Below, piece by piece: positions 1 through 12,170 of a stretch of DNA of 64,000 bases. The number at the start of each line of letters is the position of its first letter. The first letter of the stretch is position 1. The notes below the pieces were generated by a model. The model searched no databases. It was not told the DNA's origin and saw only the letters and a program-made list of their open reading frames with translations. Made by a program: the position numbers and the translations under genes. Source of the DNA: Pristiophorus japonicus (Eukaryota); contig NC_091988.1 of the NCBI RefSeq assembly GCF_044704955.1, forward strand, positions 84,816,001 through 84,880,000, written 5' to 3'.

Positions 1-249
1 TGCCTCTCTGTTGGTGGAACTGGGCAATCCAGCATCACTTCTATTGATTTATTAAAATAAACCAAGACATGACCAATTCTCCACATGCAATCAGCTATTG
101 GACCTCAACAGGTCACTACAGACTGCATCAGGCTGTAGGGCAGTTAACCTGTTTAGATCTGAATCCGATCTCACTCTGAACAAGTCTCCAATCGTTTTAG
201 GGTCTTGCACCAAAAGGATTGTAAAAGAGCCCATGTGCAGCTTTAAAAC

Positions 250-800
250 TAACAACAACCTGCACTTATGTAGCACCTTTAACATCATAAGATGACCCAA
301 GGAGCTTCACAGGAAAGTTATCAAACACAATTTGACACTGAGTCACAAGTGGAGATATTAGAACAGGTGATCAAAAACTTGTCAAATAGATAGGTCTTAA
401 AGAGCGTCTTACAGGAGGACAAAAGCAAAATACTCCAGGTGCTGGAAATTTGAAATAAAAGCAAAAATTTTGGAAATACTCAGCAGGTCAGGCAACATTT
501 TGGAGAGAGAAACACAGTTAACGTTTCAGGTCGATGAACTTCCATGAGAATTTAATGTCGATGACCTTTCATCAGCGTCTGAAAGGAGGAGAAATGCAGA
601 GAGGAGGAGAGGTTCAGGGAGGATATCACACAGCTTAGGGCAAAGGCAGTTGAAGGCACAGCCACCAATGTTGGAGCAATCAAAATCAGGGAGATGCAAG
701 AGTCCACAATTGGAGGAGTGCAGAGATCTCGGAGCGTTGCAGGGTTAGAGGACCCGAGGCAGGGGCGGAGTCGGGCAGTGGTACAGAGATGGAAATAGAC
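250..800 (-). mobile_element. L2-like LINE 3' fragment upstream of ZP3, interrupted by a Penelope-like fragment
   Basis: Reverse-complement tail aacaacaacctgcacttatgtagcaccttt; homologues at about 34268, 49032 and 62628. Family call from memory. Confidence 0.45.
420..575 (-). mobile_element. Penelope-like terminal fragment
   Basis: gctggaaat...ctcagcaggtcaggca...gttaacgtttcaggtcgatga; flanked by an imperfect 17-bp direct repeat; homologues at about 34437-34592, 49201-49355 and 62797-62951. Confidence 0.5.
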
Positions 801-1075
801 TTCTTTCAGTTCAACATTATCAAAGCTCTTAATAAAATATAGCTCTGTATTTATCTGAAGTTGTAAAGTATGATTAAATTTACATAGTTTGAATAGAATG
901 TATGTTCTTTAGGTGTCTGTATATGTTTCTTTCATTATATTCTGTTTCAGTAAATGTTCAGTACATCAAAAAACAAAAGCTGAATTTGTCTTGTTCCCAG
1001 AGACCCAGATAGTCTCCAACCTGGAGCATCTCCCGATCACTGAACCAGTCTGTGTGAAAAACTTTCTGGAAACAA

Positions 1076-1167
1076 CCAATTAGTAAGAATGTTGAATAGT
1101 CTATTGGTTTAGTTTAGCCACACCTGCTCCAATTGTTTTCAGGTGATGGCAAGCTGTGTGTATAAAA
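1076..1167 (+). promoter_or_regulatory. Proximal promoter of ZP3 copy 1
   Basis: CCAAT 1076-1080, ATTGG 1103-1107, E-boxes CACCTG 1121-1126, CAATTG 1130-1135, CAGGTG 1140-1145, TATAAAA 1161-1167 (59 nt before ATG). Same spacing in all copies. Confidence 0.7.
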
Positions 1168-1219
1168 GGGGATCAGGGGACTCCCCACAGAGAACAGTTG
1201 AGCTGCAGTAGTTTGTATT

Positions 1220-4200
1220 ATGGGGCAACTAGTGAAGGGTTTGGTGCCTCTATTGGTTTTGATCGGAGTGGTTTGTTGCTCTGATACCAGGCAGCAGTTT
1301 AGAAACTTGGACTTCCCATGGAGCATGCAGAAGGCCACTCGTGTCCCTCCAGGCCCAGCTTTTGGTTCTGGTTTCAGTAAGTCTGAGGGGCGAAGTGTGT
1401 CTCCACTGCAGACTGTGATGGTGCAGTGTGGAGAGCAGAACCTGCTGGTCAGTGTACAGATGGATTTATTTGGAACCAGGCACCTGATTAAAGCAGCTGA
1501 TCTGACCCTGGGGTCAACAGGTTGTCGGCCAACTGGGGTCTACTCTCAGAACCACACCGTCCTATTTCATTATGGGCTCCATGAATGTGACAGCACAGTA
1601 AAGGTAATGTGATTCTTGATCTAAAACCTTCTGCAAACAAAGGGCCCCTGGGAGGAGGAACACTGGCATGGACTAGTTGGGCTGAATGGACTGTTTGTGC
1701 TGAACATTCTATGAAATATATGGACCTGTAACAATATGATTTTAATGTAAGCTTTCATTTTGATTGGGCTTTATGTTCAGAATATTTTAGTGAGGCCTGT
1801 TTAAATGAGATACTCATGGAGGTTTCTTTCCCTGATTCAACCTTTTATTGATTGAAAATAAACTGGTCATCTGGACTGAAGTACATGGTTACTAGACTGT
1901 CTTGAGCAATGTAACAGGTGGAGGTTGAGATGAAGGATTGTGGTGACATGGGTGACTTTTTTTTGATGTACATTTGCTGGTTTAGTTTTGATTTGAGATT
2001 GGTTGGGACACAGTTGAAGTTCCATGCTATTTTTGACTTGTAGAAAGAATCATGGGAACTGATTGCTAAATATTCAAGTGTTCTTTATGCAAAAATGCTT
2101 GGAAAAATTGAGGCATTTTTCATCAAATTAAGCTGCCCCTAGAGTAAAGGCAGAACATGCTTATGGTGAAATTGTACTGAGGAAACCTAGACTGAAGACA
2201 ATCCTTTGAAGGAATTCTCAGGATTGTTGAAATTTGGAATGTTATGTCTTGAATAGTCAGACTAGATATGGCAAGCTCAAAGTAAGCTGTGACCATAGTC
2301 CTTTTTATTACAGATCAGAGTCCCCTGAGACCTATTGATATATAAAAATATAATATATTATTTACAGCTTTATATGCATCACCATGTGACCATAAAGTAC
2401 TGAGACCCAATGGAGCAGTTATCCCTGGTGCTGTCTTCCATCCCTAAACCCCTCTGCCTTTCTACCACTCCATCTGTTTATGGCACTTATTAAAACTTTG
2501 TTTGTGGCCAAGCCTTTGGTCAAATATCTTGTGTTGATTTGGTGCCAAACTTTTTTTCTGAACCTCCCTGTGAAGTGCCTTAATGTTTTACAATGTCAAG
2601 TGAGTTTTATATAAATGCACAAGTGCTTGATTGTGGTTCACTTCCCCCAGAGGCCTACAATATCTCTTCAAATGGATTTGGATAGGGCTGGGACTCTAAT
2701 TAATAGAAGTATGAATTGCTGTGTGTGTTTCTCCAAACACTGCTCTCTTGTCCAAGAATAACTCCCTTGTTCTGTACCTGACCAGATCACATTTTCTCTC
2801 CCAGATGACGGATGACCTGCTGATTTACACCAGCCACCTGTACTACAGGCCAAGCCATATTGGAGTCATTGTGAGAACCAGTGGAGTAGTTGTCCCTATT
2901 GTGTGCCATTATCCCAGGTAAGGTGGATGATTGACAGGCTCTCCTTTTCTCTGATGGGGTAGTGAATTGGAAGTAAAACTTGCCTTGCTCCTTCCCACAG
3001 GAAGAGGACAGTGAGCAGCAATGCGATCAAGCCCACCTGGGTCCCCTTCTCCTCCACCAAGGCAGGAGAGGGACGTCTGTCATTCTCCCTGCGTCTGATG
3101 ACTGGTAAGTGATCGTCAATTATCTACCATGCATGTTTTACCCATTCCTTGGAATCAAGTGAGGAACCCAAAGCTTGTGTTCCTGCTCTCATTCCCTTTC
3201 CCTTTCCAGCTAACTGGAGTGCAGAGCGTACCTCCAATATCTACCACCTGGGTGACCTCATTAATATCGAGGCCTCTGTGATGACCATGAACCACATGCC
3301 TCTGAAGCTCTATATTGACCGCTGTATAGCTACACTGAGCCCAGACCAGGAGTCTACCCCCAGATACAACATTATTGACTTCAACGGGTAAGGTCTTTAT
3401 CTGGGCTGCATATGTCACTCTCATAACTGTTTGGCGGAGGAAATCCATTCTTAATGATGCAGCTCTTTCTGACCCTCTTTCCAGTTGCCTGTTGGACAGC
3501 CGAGACGAAGACTCCTTTTCTTCCTTCGTGTCACCGCGAGATCACCTGGAGAAGCTTCAGTTCAAGCTGGATGCATTCCGCTTCTTTGAAGACGACAGGG
3601 ACTTGGTAAGAGGAGACCAGATGTTGAGACAGTGAGCGTTTGACACTGAGTAACTTGTGCATGTGTCTCCTGCAGATCTTCATCACTTGCCACCTGAAAG
3701 TAGCTGCAGCAGATCAAAGGCCAGATTCAGTCAACAAAGCTTGTTCCTTCCAGAAGCCAGCCAACCAGTGAGTGAAATCTAACCAACAATGGTGATCCTC
3801 TTTGGTCAGAATGAATCCATATGCCAATGGTGTGCTTCCTTGTTTGTTTAGATGGTCCCTGGTGACTGAATTGGACCTGTCCATGGTGGAAGGATCCAAT
3901 GAGGTTTGTGCCTGTTGTGATGGGGGCAACTGCGGAGCCTCGAGATTGCGATCTGGAGGAAGACTTCACTCCAGGGGCAGGAGAGAGGTCCTATCTGAGC
4001 TGGGTATGTTGTGGTGGTATTGGGTGTTGGGGCTATTGTTTGTTGTTTGTTTGTAACTGGATGGAATGAATTGTTGCAGAGTCGGAGCCTGTGTGGGAGG
4101 GTGAAGTCTCCCTTGGACCCCTGATCATTCTGGATGCTGATCTGAAGGACCTGGTTCATTCGATGGGAAGTGAAGCTGTCGAGACTCGTGAGGAGATTCC

Positions 4201-4374
4201 GAGTTCTTCTCCAGGTGAGTGTTGATTTTCAGAACCCAATTCCAGTCTAGTGACTCCTGACTCAATGGCTTCTCATTCTCTGCAGGTGAGGTGCTTCTGG
4301 TTGTGACGTTGGCAGCTGGGGCCCTGATCTCAGCCACTCTGGTGGCTGCCTTCCTCTTCAGGAAACTCACCTGA
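1220..4374 (+). CDS. zp3: Zona pellucida sperm-binding protein 3-like (ZP3/ZPC), copy 1, 9 coding exons, 455 aa
   Basis: Exons read by hand, all GT-AG: 1220-1603, 2805-2917, 3001-3104, 3210-3387, 3485-3605, 3676-3767, 3852-4003, 4080-4214, 4286-4374 (1368 nt, open). Signal peptide; ZP-N Cys (VQCG, TGCRP, LHEC, VCHYPR); PTWVPF; FSLRLM; ZP-C ([30 protein letters not shown]); ZP3-type CACCDGGNC; furin site RGRR; hydrophobic patch VSLGPLIIL; C-terminal transmembrane segment. Confidence 0.93.
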
Positions 4375-4422
4375 ATCCTTTCTCTCATTTGGGCGCTTCC
4401 ATCATTTGTCAAAAAATGTAGT

Positions 4423-4428
4423 AATAAA
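4423..4428 (+). terminator. Polyadenylation signal, copy 1
   Basis: AATAAA about 50 nt after the stop codon, followed by a GT/T-rich tract; conserved in all four complete copies. Confidence 0.65.
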
Positions 4429-5382
4429 TTTGAAATGTGACTTGCTTGAATTAGTCTTTGGTCTTGGTGTTTTGAACTTCAGTTGTTTCCAAGGCCCTTT
4501 TTCCTGTGTTTAAATTCCACATTTCCCTTGTAATGGTTATTAAAAAAAAAATAAAATAAATTCCTAGTGCAGCTGCTTGTGCTATCATGATACTGGTCAC
4601 GGCACCCATCCCATTCCCACTTTCTCTAATGAGCCTCCATTCCCTCCGACTGTTTCCAGCACATTAGTCGGTCCCGGTTCTCTGATTTAGTGAAATGGCC
4701 TTTTGCCCATCTGCAATATTTTACATCAGTTAAAGGCCACAGGGTTTTTTTTCTTCATCCCAAATTGGTCCCAGTAGTGTGCAGATCACTGTTGGAAGGT
4801 TGAAATCCCAGCTGGAACACAATATTGAGTGAAGAATTGGGTCTGCCTGTGAGACCCTCCTTGGTAGAGCAAGACTGCTAATACTCACAGGTGAAGAATG
4901 AATGAATTTAGGCAGCAAAGGGCAGCTAACACCCTTGTAACTATTGGTGTGAGTCAACCATTCAGCAGAGAAAATGAGGGCCAGGGTTGAGTTACTGCAG
5001 ATTATATAAATATGTTTGCAAACTGTTTCTGTTTTGCTGGTAATGGTGCCATTCAACTGGGCTGTCTCCCAAAAGCCAGTGACTCACTGACCCTAGCAGC
5101 TCCTTTACTCCCTGCACCTGCTGCCTATTTCCTTGCCCTTTCATTTGATTGACAAACCTGGGCGCACAAATAATACATGGGAGAAAAATTCCAAGCTGAA
5201 GTGGAGCCTCTTGGCTGATTTCAATAGTCGCAGGATACTTGAAGTGGGTTAGTGTTGCAGCTGGTGACTTCTGCAGGGAGAGGATTTGGGGAGTGAGGAG
5301 TGAAGTTCTTTCAGAAAAAGGAAGACCAACCAACATAACATGGTGTTGGAACAAGTGGCGGTGGTGAGGTATGAATTATCAT

Positions 5383-8300
5383 TACCGGTTCTGGGGGAGG
5401 TGGGACCAGTACAAACCAAATGGTCTGCACCTGGGCAGGACCGGAACAAATGTCCTAGGGGGAGTGTTTGCTAGTGCTGTTGGGGAAGAGTTAAACTAAT
5501 ATGGCAGGGGGATGGGAACCAATGCAGGGAGACAGGGAAACAAAAAGGAGACTAAAGCAAAAGACAGAAAGGAGATGAAGAAAAGTAGAGGGCAGAGAAA
5601 CCCAAGGCAAAGAACAAAAAGGGCCACTGTACAGCAAAATTCTAAAAGGACAAAGGGTGTTTAAAAAAACAAGCCTGAAGGCTTTGTGTCTTAATGTAAG
5701 GAGCATCTGTAATAAGGTGGATGAATTAAGTATGCAAATAGATGTTAACAAATGATGTGATTGGGATTAGAGACGTGGCTCCAGGATGATCAGGGCTTGG
5801 AACTCAACTTCCAGGGGTATTCAACATTCAGGAAGGATAGATTAAAGGAAAAGAAGGTGGGGTAGCATTGCTGGTTAAGGAGGAGATTAATGCAATAGTT
5901 GGGAAGGACATTAGCTTGGATGATGTGGAATCTATATGGGTAGAGCTGCAGAACACCAAAGGGCAAAAAACGTTAGTGGGAGTTGTGTACAGACCTCCAA
6001 ACAGTAGTAGTGATGTTGGGGAGGGCATCAAACAGGAAATTAGGGGTGCATGCAATAAAGGTGCAGCAGTTATAATGGGTGACTTTAATATGCACATAGA
6101 TTGGGCTAACCAAACTGGAAGCAATACGGTGGAGGATTTCCTGGAGTGCATAAGGGATGGTTTTCTAGACCAATATGTTGAGGAACCAACTAGGGGGGAG
6201 GCCATCTTAGACTGGGTGTTTAATGAGAGGATTAATTAGCAATCTTGTTGTGCGAGGCCCCTTGGGGAAGAGTGACCATAATATGGTTGAATTCTGCATT
6301 AGGATGGAGAATGTAAGTGTTAATTCAGAGACCATAGTCCAGAACTTGAAGGGTAACTTTGAAGGTATGAGGTGTGAATTGGCTAGGATAGATTGGCGAA
6401 TGATACTTAAGGGGTTGACTTGGATGGGCAATGGCAGACATTTAGAGACCGCATGGATGAATTACAACAATTGTACATTCCTGTCTGGTGTAAAAATAAA
6501 AAAGGGAAGGTGGCTATCAAGGGGAAATCAGGGATAGTATTAAAGCCAAGGAAGTGGCATACAAATTGGCCAGAAATAGCAGCGAACCCAGGGACTGGCT
6601 GAAATTTAGAACTTGGCAGAGGCAGACAAAGGGTTTGATTAGGGCAGGGAAAATGGAGTACGAGAAGAAGCTTGCAGGAAACATTAAGACGGATTGCAAA
6701 AATTTCTATAGATATGTAAAGAGAAAAAGGTTAGTGAAGACAAACTTGGGTCCCCTGCAGTCAGAATCTGGGAAGTCATAATGGGGAACAAAGAAATGGT
6801 AGACCAATTGAACAAGTACTTTGGCTCGTTATTCACTCAGGAGGACACAAACAACCTTCCAGATATAAAAGGGGTCAGAGGGTCTAGTAAGGAGGAGGAA
6901 CTGAGGGAAATCCTTATTAGTCGGGAAATTGTGTTGGGGCAATTGATGGGATTGAAGGCCGATAAATCCCCAGGGCCTGATGGACTGTATCGCAGAGTAC
7001 TTAAGAAGGTGGCCTTGGAAATAGCGGATGCATTGACAGTCGTTTTCTGACATTCCATTGATTCTAGATCAATTCCTATCGAGTGGAGGGTAGCCAATGT
7101 AACCCACTTTTTAAAAAAAGAGGGAGAGAAAGCAGGGAATTATAGACTGGTCAGCCTGACATCGGTAGTGGGTAAAATGATGGAATCCAGTATTAAGGAT
7201 GTCACGGCAGCGCATTTGGAAAGAGGTGACATGATGGGTCCAAGTCAGCATGGATTTGTGAAGGGGAAATCATGCTTGACAAATCTTCTGGAATTTTTTG
7301 AGCATGTTTCCAGTAGAGTGGACAAAGGAAAACCAGTTGATGTGGTATATTTGGACTTTCAGAAGGCTTTTGACAAGGTCTGACACGAGATTAATGTGCA
7401 AAATCAAAGTACATGGGATAGTTGGGGGTTGTGTGCTGACATGGATTGAGAACTGGTTGTCAGACAAGAAGCAAAGAGTAGGAGTAAATGGGTACTTTTC
7501 AGAATGGCAGGCAGTGATTAGTGGGGTACCGCAAGGTTCTGTGCTGGGGCCCCAGCTGTTTACACTGTACATTAATTTAGACGAGGGGATTAAATGTAGT
7601 ATCTCCAAATTTGCAGATGACATTAAGTTGGGTGGCAGTGTGAGCTGCGAGGAGGCTGCTATGAGGCTGCAGAGCGACTTGGATAGGTTAGGTGAGTGGG
7701 CAAATGCATGGCAGATGAAGTATAATGTGGATAAATGTGAGGTTATCCACTTTGGTGGTAAAAACAGAGACAGACTATTATCTGAATGGTGACAGATTAG
7801 GAAAAGGGGAGGTGCAATGAGACCTGGGTGTCATGGTACATCAGTCATTGAAGGTTGGCATGCAGATACAACAGGTGGTTAAGAAAGCAAATGGCATGTT
7901 GGCCTTCATAGCGAGGGGATTTGAGTACAGGGGCAGGGAGGTGTTGCTACAGTTGTACAGAGCCTTGGTGAGTCCACACCTGCAGTATTGTGTACAATTT
8001 TGGTCTCCTGAATGGCTTGTATTCATTGGAGTTCAGAAGAAGGAGAGGGGACCTCATCGAAACGTTTAAAATTCTGATGGGTTTAGACAGGTTAGATGCA
8101 GGAAGAATGTTCCCAATGTTGGGGAAGTCCCAAGCCAGGGGTCACAGTCTAAGGATAAGGGGTAAGCCATGTTGGACCGAGATGAGGAGAAACGTCTTCA
8201 CCAGAGAGTGGTGAACCTGTGGAGTTCTCTACCACAGAAAGTTGTTGAGGCCAATTCACTAAATATATTCAAAAGGGAGTTAGATCGAGTCCTTACTACT

Positions 8301-8415
8301 AGGGGATCAAGGGGTATGGTGAGAAAGCAGGAATGGGGTACTGAAGTTGCATGTTCAGCCATGAGCTCATTGAATGGCCGCCTCCTGCACCTATTTGCTA
8401 TGTTTCTGTTTCTAT
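5383..8415 (+). mobile_element. CR1 LINE, 5'-truncated and frameshifted, unique to unit 1
   Basis: ORF1 tail (NGLHL, esterase-like, stop at 5499), APE endonuclease (VVYRPP, MGDFN, SDHN), RT (YLDFQKAFDKV, GVPQGSVLGP, FADD), tail ctatgtttctgtttctat. Empty site tatcat|aagctgc at about 39473 and 54133. Confidence 0.92.
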
Positions 8416-9063
8416 AAGCTGCGGGGAGTGGAGTGCGGAGAGATTAAGGTGGCAGACCAGTGCTGCCAGCTTTCTCCCTTCAGTGAGCAGGTCCCTGGGC
8501 TTAGTGGCCGCTGCCGCCATCACAAACATTGGAGCGGGGTCTGGGGGACAGTGTTGTGTTCGGATCACAGCCACCTTTTTGCTCGGCTGGATTTCCCACC
8601 TAATATGGTGGGTTTTTTTAAAGCTGACTTATTAAAGTTTTTTAAAATCGGAGAATGCTGAACCTACTACCACTGAGTGGTTGAAACAAATAGCATGGAT
8701 GTATATAAAGGGAGGTTGGACCAGCATGTCGGAGAAGGGATATGCTGCTAGATTTCAATGAAAGACTGGAGGAGGCTTGAGTGGAGCATGGACTGATTGG
8801 ACAGAATGAACTTTCTGTGCTGTATATCCTGTGTAAAATCCCAGGCTGCTTGGCAAGCCCTTTGCAATATTTTTGCAGACCATTGGTTGAGAACCTCTGA
8901 TCTGAAAGACATGAGATCAGATTTGGAGGCCTAGATTTTACTGATTCTCACCACCTGCCACTTTGGGGTCAGTTGAAACTCAGCAGTACCTGAGTTTAAA
9001 AGGATGGAACCTGCACGCATACAGCACAGTAGGAGGCCACTTGACCCTTTCTGCCTATATTCA

Positions 9064-9515
9064 ACATAGAAGCATGGAAAATAGGAGCAGTAGTAGGCTG
9101 TTTGATCCTGTACCACCATTCAATATGATAATGTCTGATCCTCTCTACACCATATTCCTGCTTTCTCTCCATACTCTTGTCTTGCTATATCTCAAATATA
9201 TTCCATGACTTAGTCTCCACAGCCTTCTGTGGTAGAGAATTCCACAGGTTCACCACCCTCTGAAGAAATTTCTCATGTCCTAAATTTCCTACCCCTTATC
9301 CTGAGATTGTGACCCCCTTGTTCTAGACTTTCCAGCCATAGGCAATATCCAGTCTGTCCAACCCCATCATAATTTTATACATTTTAATGAGATCTCCTCA
9401 TTCTGCTAAACTCAATAAATGCAAGCCTAGTTGACTGATTTCTCTCCTCATACAACAGTCCTGCCATCCCAAGGAATCAGTCTGATGACCCTTTGCTGCA
9501 CTGTCTCTATGGAAA
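9064..9515 (-). mobile_element. Old CR1 3' fragment shared by all units
   Basis: Reverse-complement CR1 tail and 3' end; homologues at about 21246-21695, 42045-42495 and 54772-55225. Boundaries approximate. Confidence 0.7.
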
Positions 9516-9964
9516 GTATAACCTTTTAGTACGTTAAATCTATCATCTGGTGATTGACCTTTCTGCTAGAAAGTGTTCTCCTCCCCATTCCTTATGAAAA
9601 CCTTCATTTTTTTTTTTTGAAAGTCTCTATATTAAATCTCCCTTTAAAACTTTTCAAATAAATAAATCTCCACTCCTCTGGATTAAATATTGTGCCTTTT
9701 TAAATGGATGTAAGTAATAAGGAGCTGCTGCCATCTTTCTACAGAAAGTAGATGGGGTTACAGACACCCAGCATTCAGTCAGCCAGGAAGTTGTGTGAGC
9801 AGGTTCTAGTCTCCCTCCAGTGCCGAGGGAATAGACCAAAGCAGCATCTCCTTAATTGGCCACTGCAGCTAGGTATGTTTTAGACTCCACATACTGTAAC
9901 TTCACTAAATGTGTTCCACATTTAATATTCCTTAATGGTTAGTTGTAATTGTCTTTTTTAAATA

Positions 9965-12170
9965 AGTTTCGACAGGTACAAAAAAAGGACAAGAATAAAG
10001 TAAATGTTGGTCCCCTAGAGAATGAGACTGGGGAACAGGGAAATGGCAGACATTGAACAAATATTTTGTATTCTTCATGTTCGACAAAAAAAAAATTCCA
10101 ATAGTGGATAATCAAGGGGCTATAGGAGGGCAGAACAAGCTCTAAAGAAGTGGTACTCAGTAAAATGATGGGATTAAATGTGGACAAGTCCCCTGCCCCT
10201 GATGGCTAACATCTGAGGGTTTTAAAAGTGGCTGCAGAGATAGTGGATGGATTGTTGTGATCTACCAAAATTCCCTGGATTCTGGGGCAGTCCCAGCAGA
10301 TTGGAAAACCGCAAATATAACTGCCCCTCTTTTTTTTAAATGAGGCAGTAAACTATAGACCAGTTAGCCTAATATGTCATTGGGGAAAATGCTGGAGTCT
10401 ATTAAGGAAGCAGTAGCGAGACATTTGGAAAAGCATAACTTTATGAAGGGGAAATCATGTTTGACAAATTTGCTGGTGTTTTGGTGAGGATGTAACAAGG
10501 TGGGTGAATAAGGGGGTACCAGTGGATGTGATATATTTGCCTTCTGGAAATCTAAATAAGGTGCCATATTCATCACAAGCAGTCCCTCAAAACTAGGATG
10601 ACTTCTTCCATGCCAAAAAAGGATGAGTTCACAGGTGTTTCAATGAAGGATCCTGAACAGTGGAAGATACCAGTACATGGATTTTATTAAACGTTGGTGT
10701 CCGTTACACACCAGCCACCACACGGGCTTGACAGCTAGGTCTTGGTCCAGTGGCAAGGGTTATCCAAGACGACTGGAGACCTGCTCTGCTGCACTAGTCT
10801 AGTGCGCGCACACATCGCAGTGTGGGCTGGCCGGTGCTGCCCCTGACCCCGAACTCTCCTCTCCTGGGCCCCGATCACATCCCTCCAGTCTCTTGCCACT
10901 CCTGCTGTATTTGCCCATGCTCCAATCACCGACCTGGACATTTATGTCACTGGTCACCATCCAGCACCTGATGGTCTCCCTGCAGTAAGCTGGCTGCTGC
11001 GCATGCTCCCTGCCCCGCAGCAGGACAATGGAAAGCGGTGTGACATCGAGGAAGCCCCGCCCCATCACTCCCTGCTCCCTGAGGCGGGTGGACTTGTGCA
11101 GACCAAAGATGGCGCCCGAACTCACTGCAACCCCCGACAGTAACAAAGGCCCGTCCATGCCCGAAGGTGCCCCGCAGCCACTGCCGCTGACTCTGGCCAA
11201 ATCCCCCACCTTCCTGCACATGTACTTGAGTGCAAGTCTGCAGGGAGATTGTGCGCTGCCCAGGCCACACCTCCATCCTCTGTGGTGGCTGCAAAACTTG
11301 CCCGTCCACCAGTAATCTCCCACGTAGAAGGTTACTGCACAAGATAAAAGTTCATGGGGTTGGGGGTAATATATTAGCATGGGTAAAGGATTGGCTAACA
11401 GAAGAGTTGGGATAAATGGGTAATTTTCAAGTTGGCAAACAGTAACTAGTGGAGTGCTGCAGGGATTGGTGCTGGGTCCTCCACTATTTACAATCTATTA
11501 ATGATTTGGATGAAGGGACTGAGTGCAATGTAGCCAAGTTTGCTGCTGATACAAAGATGGGTGGGGAAAGTAAATTGAGAGGAGGATACAAAATCTAGAA
11601 AGGGATATAAACAGGCTAAGTGGGCAAAAATTTAGCAGCTAGAGTATAATATGGGAAAATGTGAGGTTATCTATTTTGGCAGCAATAATTGAGAAGCAAA
11701 TTATAATTTAAATGAAGAAAAAGTGCTGCAGTACAGAAGGACTAGGTCGGAGGGGTGGTCTTTGTGCAAGAAACAGTTACAATGCAGGTACAGCAAGTAA
11801 TCAGGAAGGTAAATGGAATGTTGGCCTTTATTGCAAGGGGGATAGAGTATAAAAGCAGGGAAGTCCTCTTACAACTATACAGGGTATTGAGGCCATACTT
11901 GGAATACTGCATACAGTTTTGGTCTCTGTATTTAAGGAAGGATATACTTGCATTGGAGGCTGTTCAGAGAAAGTTCACTTGGTTGCTTCTGGAGCTAAGG
12001 AGGTTGACTTATGAAGGTAGGGTGGGCCTATATCATTGGTGTTCAGAAGAATAAGAGATGATATTGAATCATAAGATAATGAGGGAGCTTGACAAGGTGG
12101 ATGCAGAGAGGATATTTCCACTCATGGGGGACATAGTTTTAAATGGGCAGCCCCTTATTCTGAGACTGAG
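9965..12170 (+). mobile_element. Old degraded CR1 RT region, interrupted at about 10570-11324
   Basis: Fragments MQVQQVIRKVNGMLAFIARGIEYKSREVLLQLYR and LLHKIKVHG. Boundaries approximate. Confidence 0.8.
10570..11324 (-). mobile_element. Unclassified GC-rich insertion in the old CR1 (RTE-like 3' end on minus strand)
   Basis: Splits the CR1 sequence taaggtgccatat|agaaggttactgcacaag; begins tcatcacaagcagtccctc. Full copy at about 56292-57052, partial at about 22258-22660 and 43016-43417. Family call is from memory only. Confidence 0.45.

Noticed and set aside
1220-1612. 130-aa single-exon ORFs ending VKVM* as stand-alone secreted peptides
   Set aside because: They read through the AAG|GTAATG donor; the ZP-N domain continues in exon 2.
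5200-5375. Possible Harbinger Myb/SANT coding remnant (EQVA-like reading)
   Set aside because: Too degraded to support by eye; needs a translated search.
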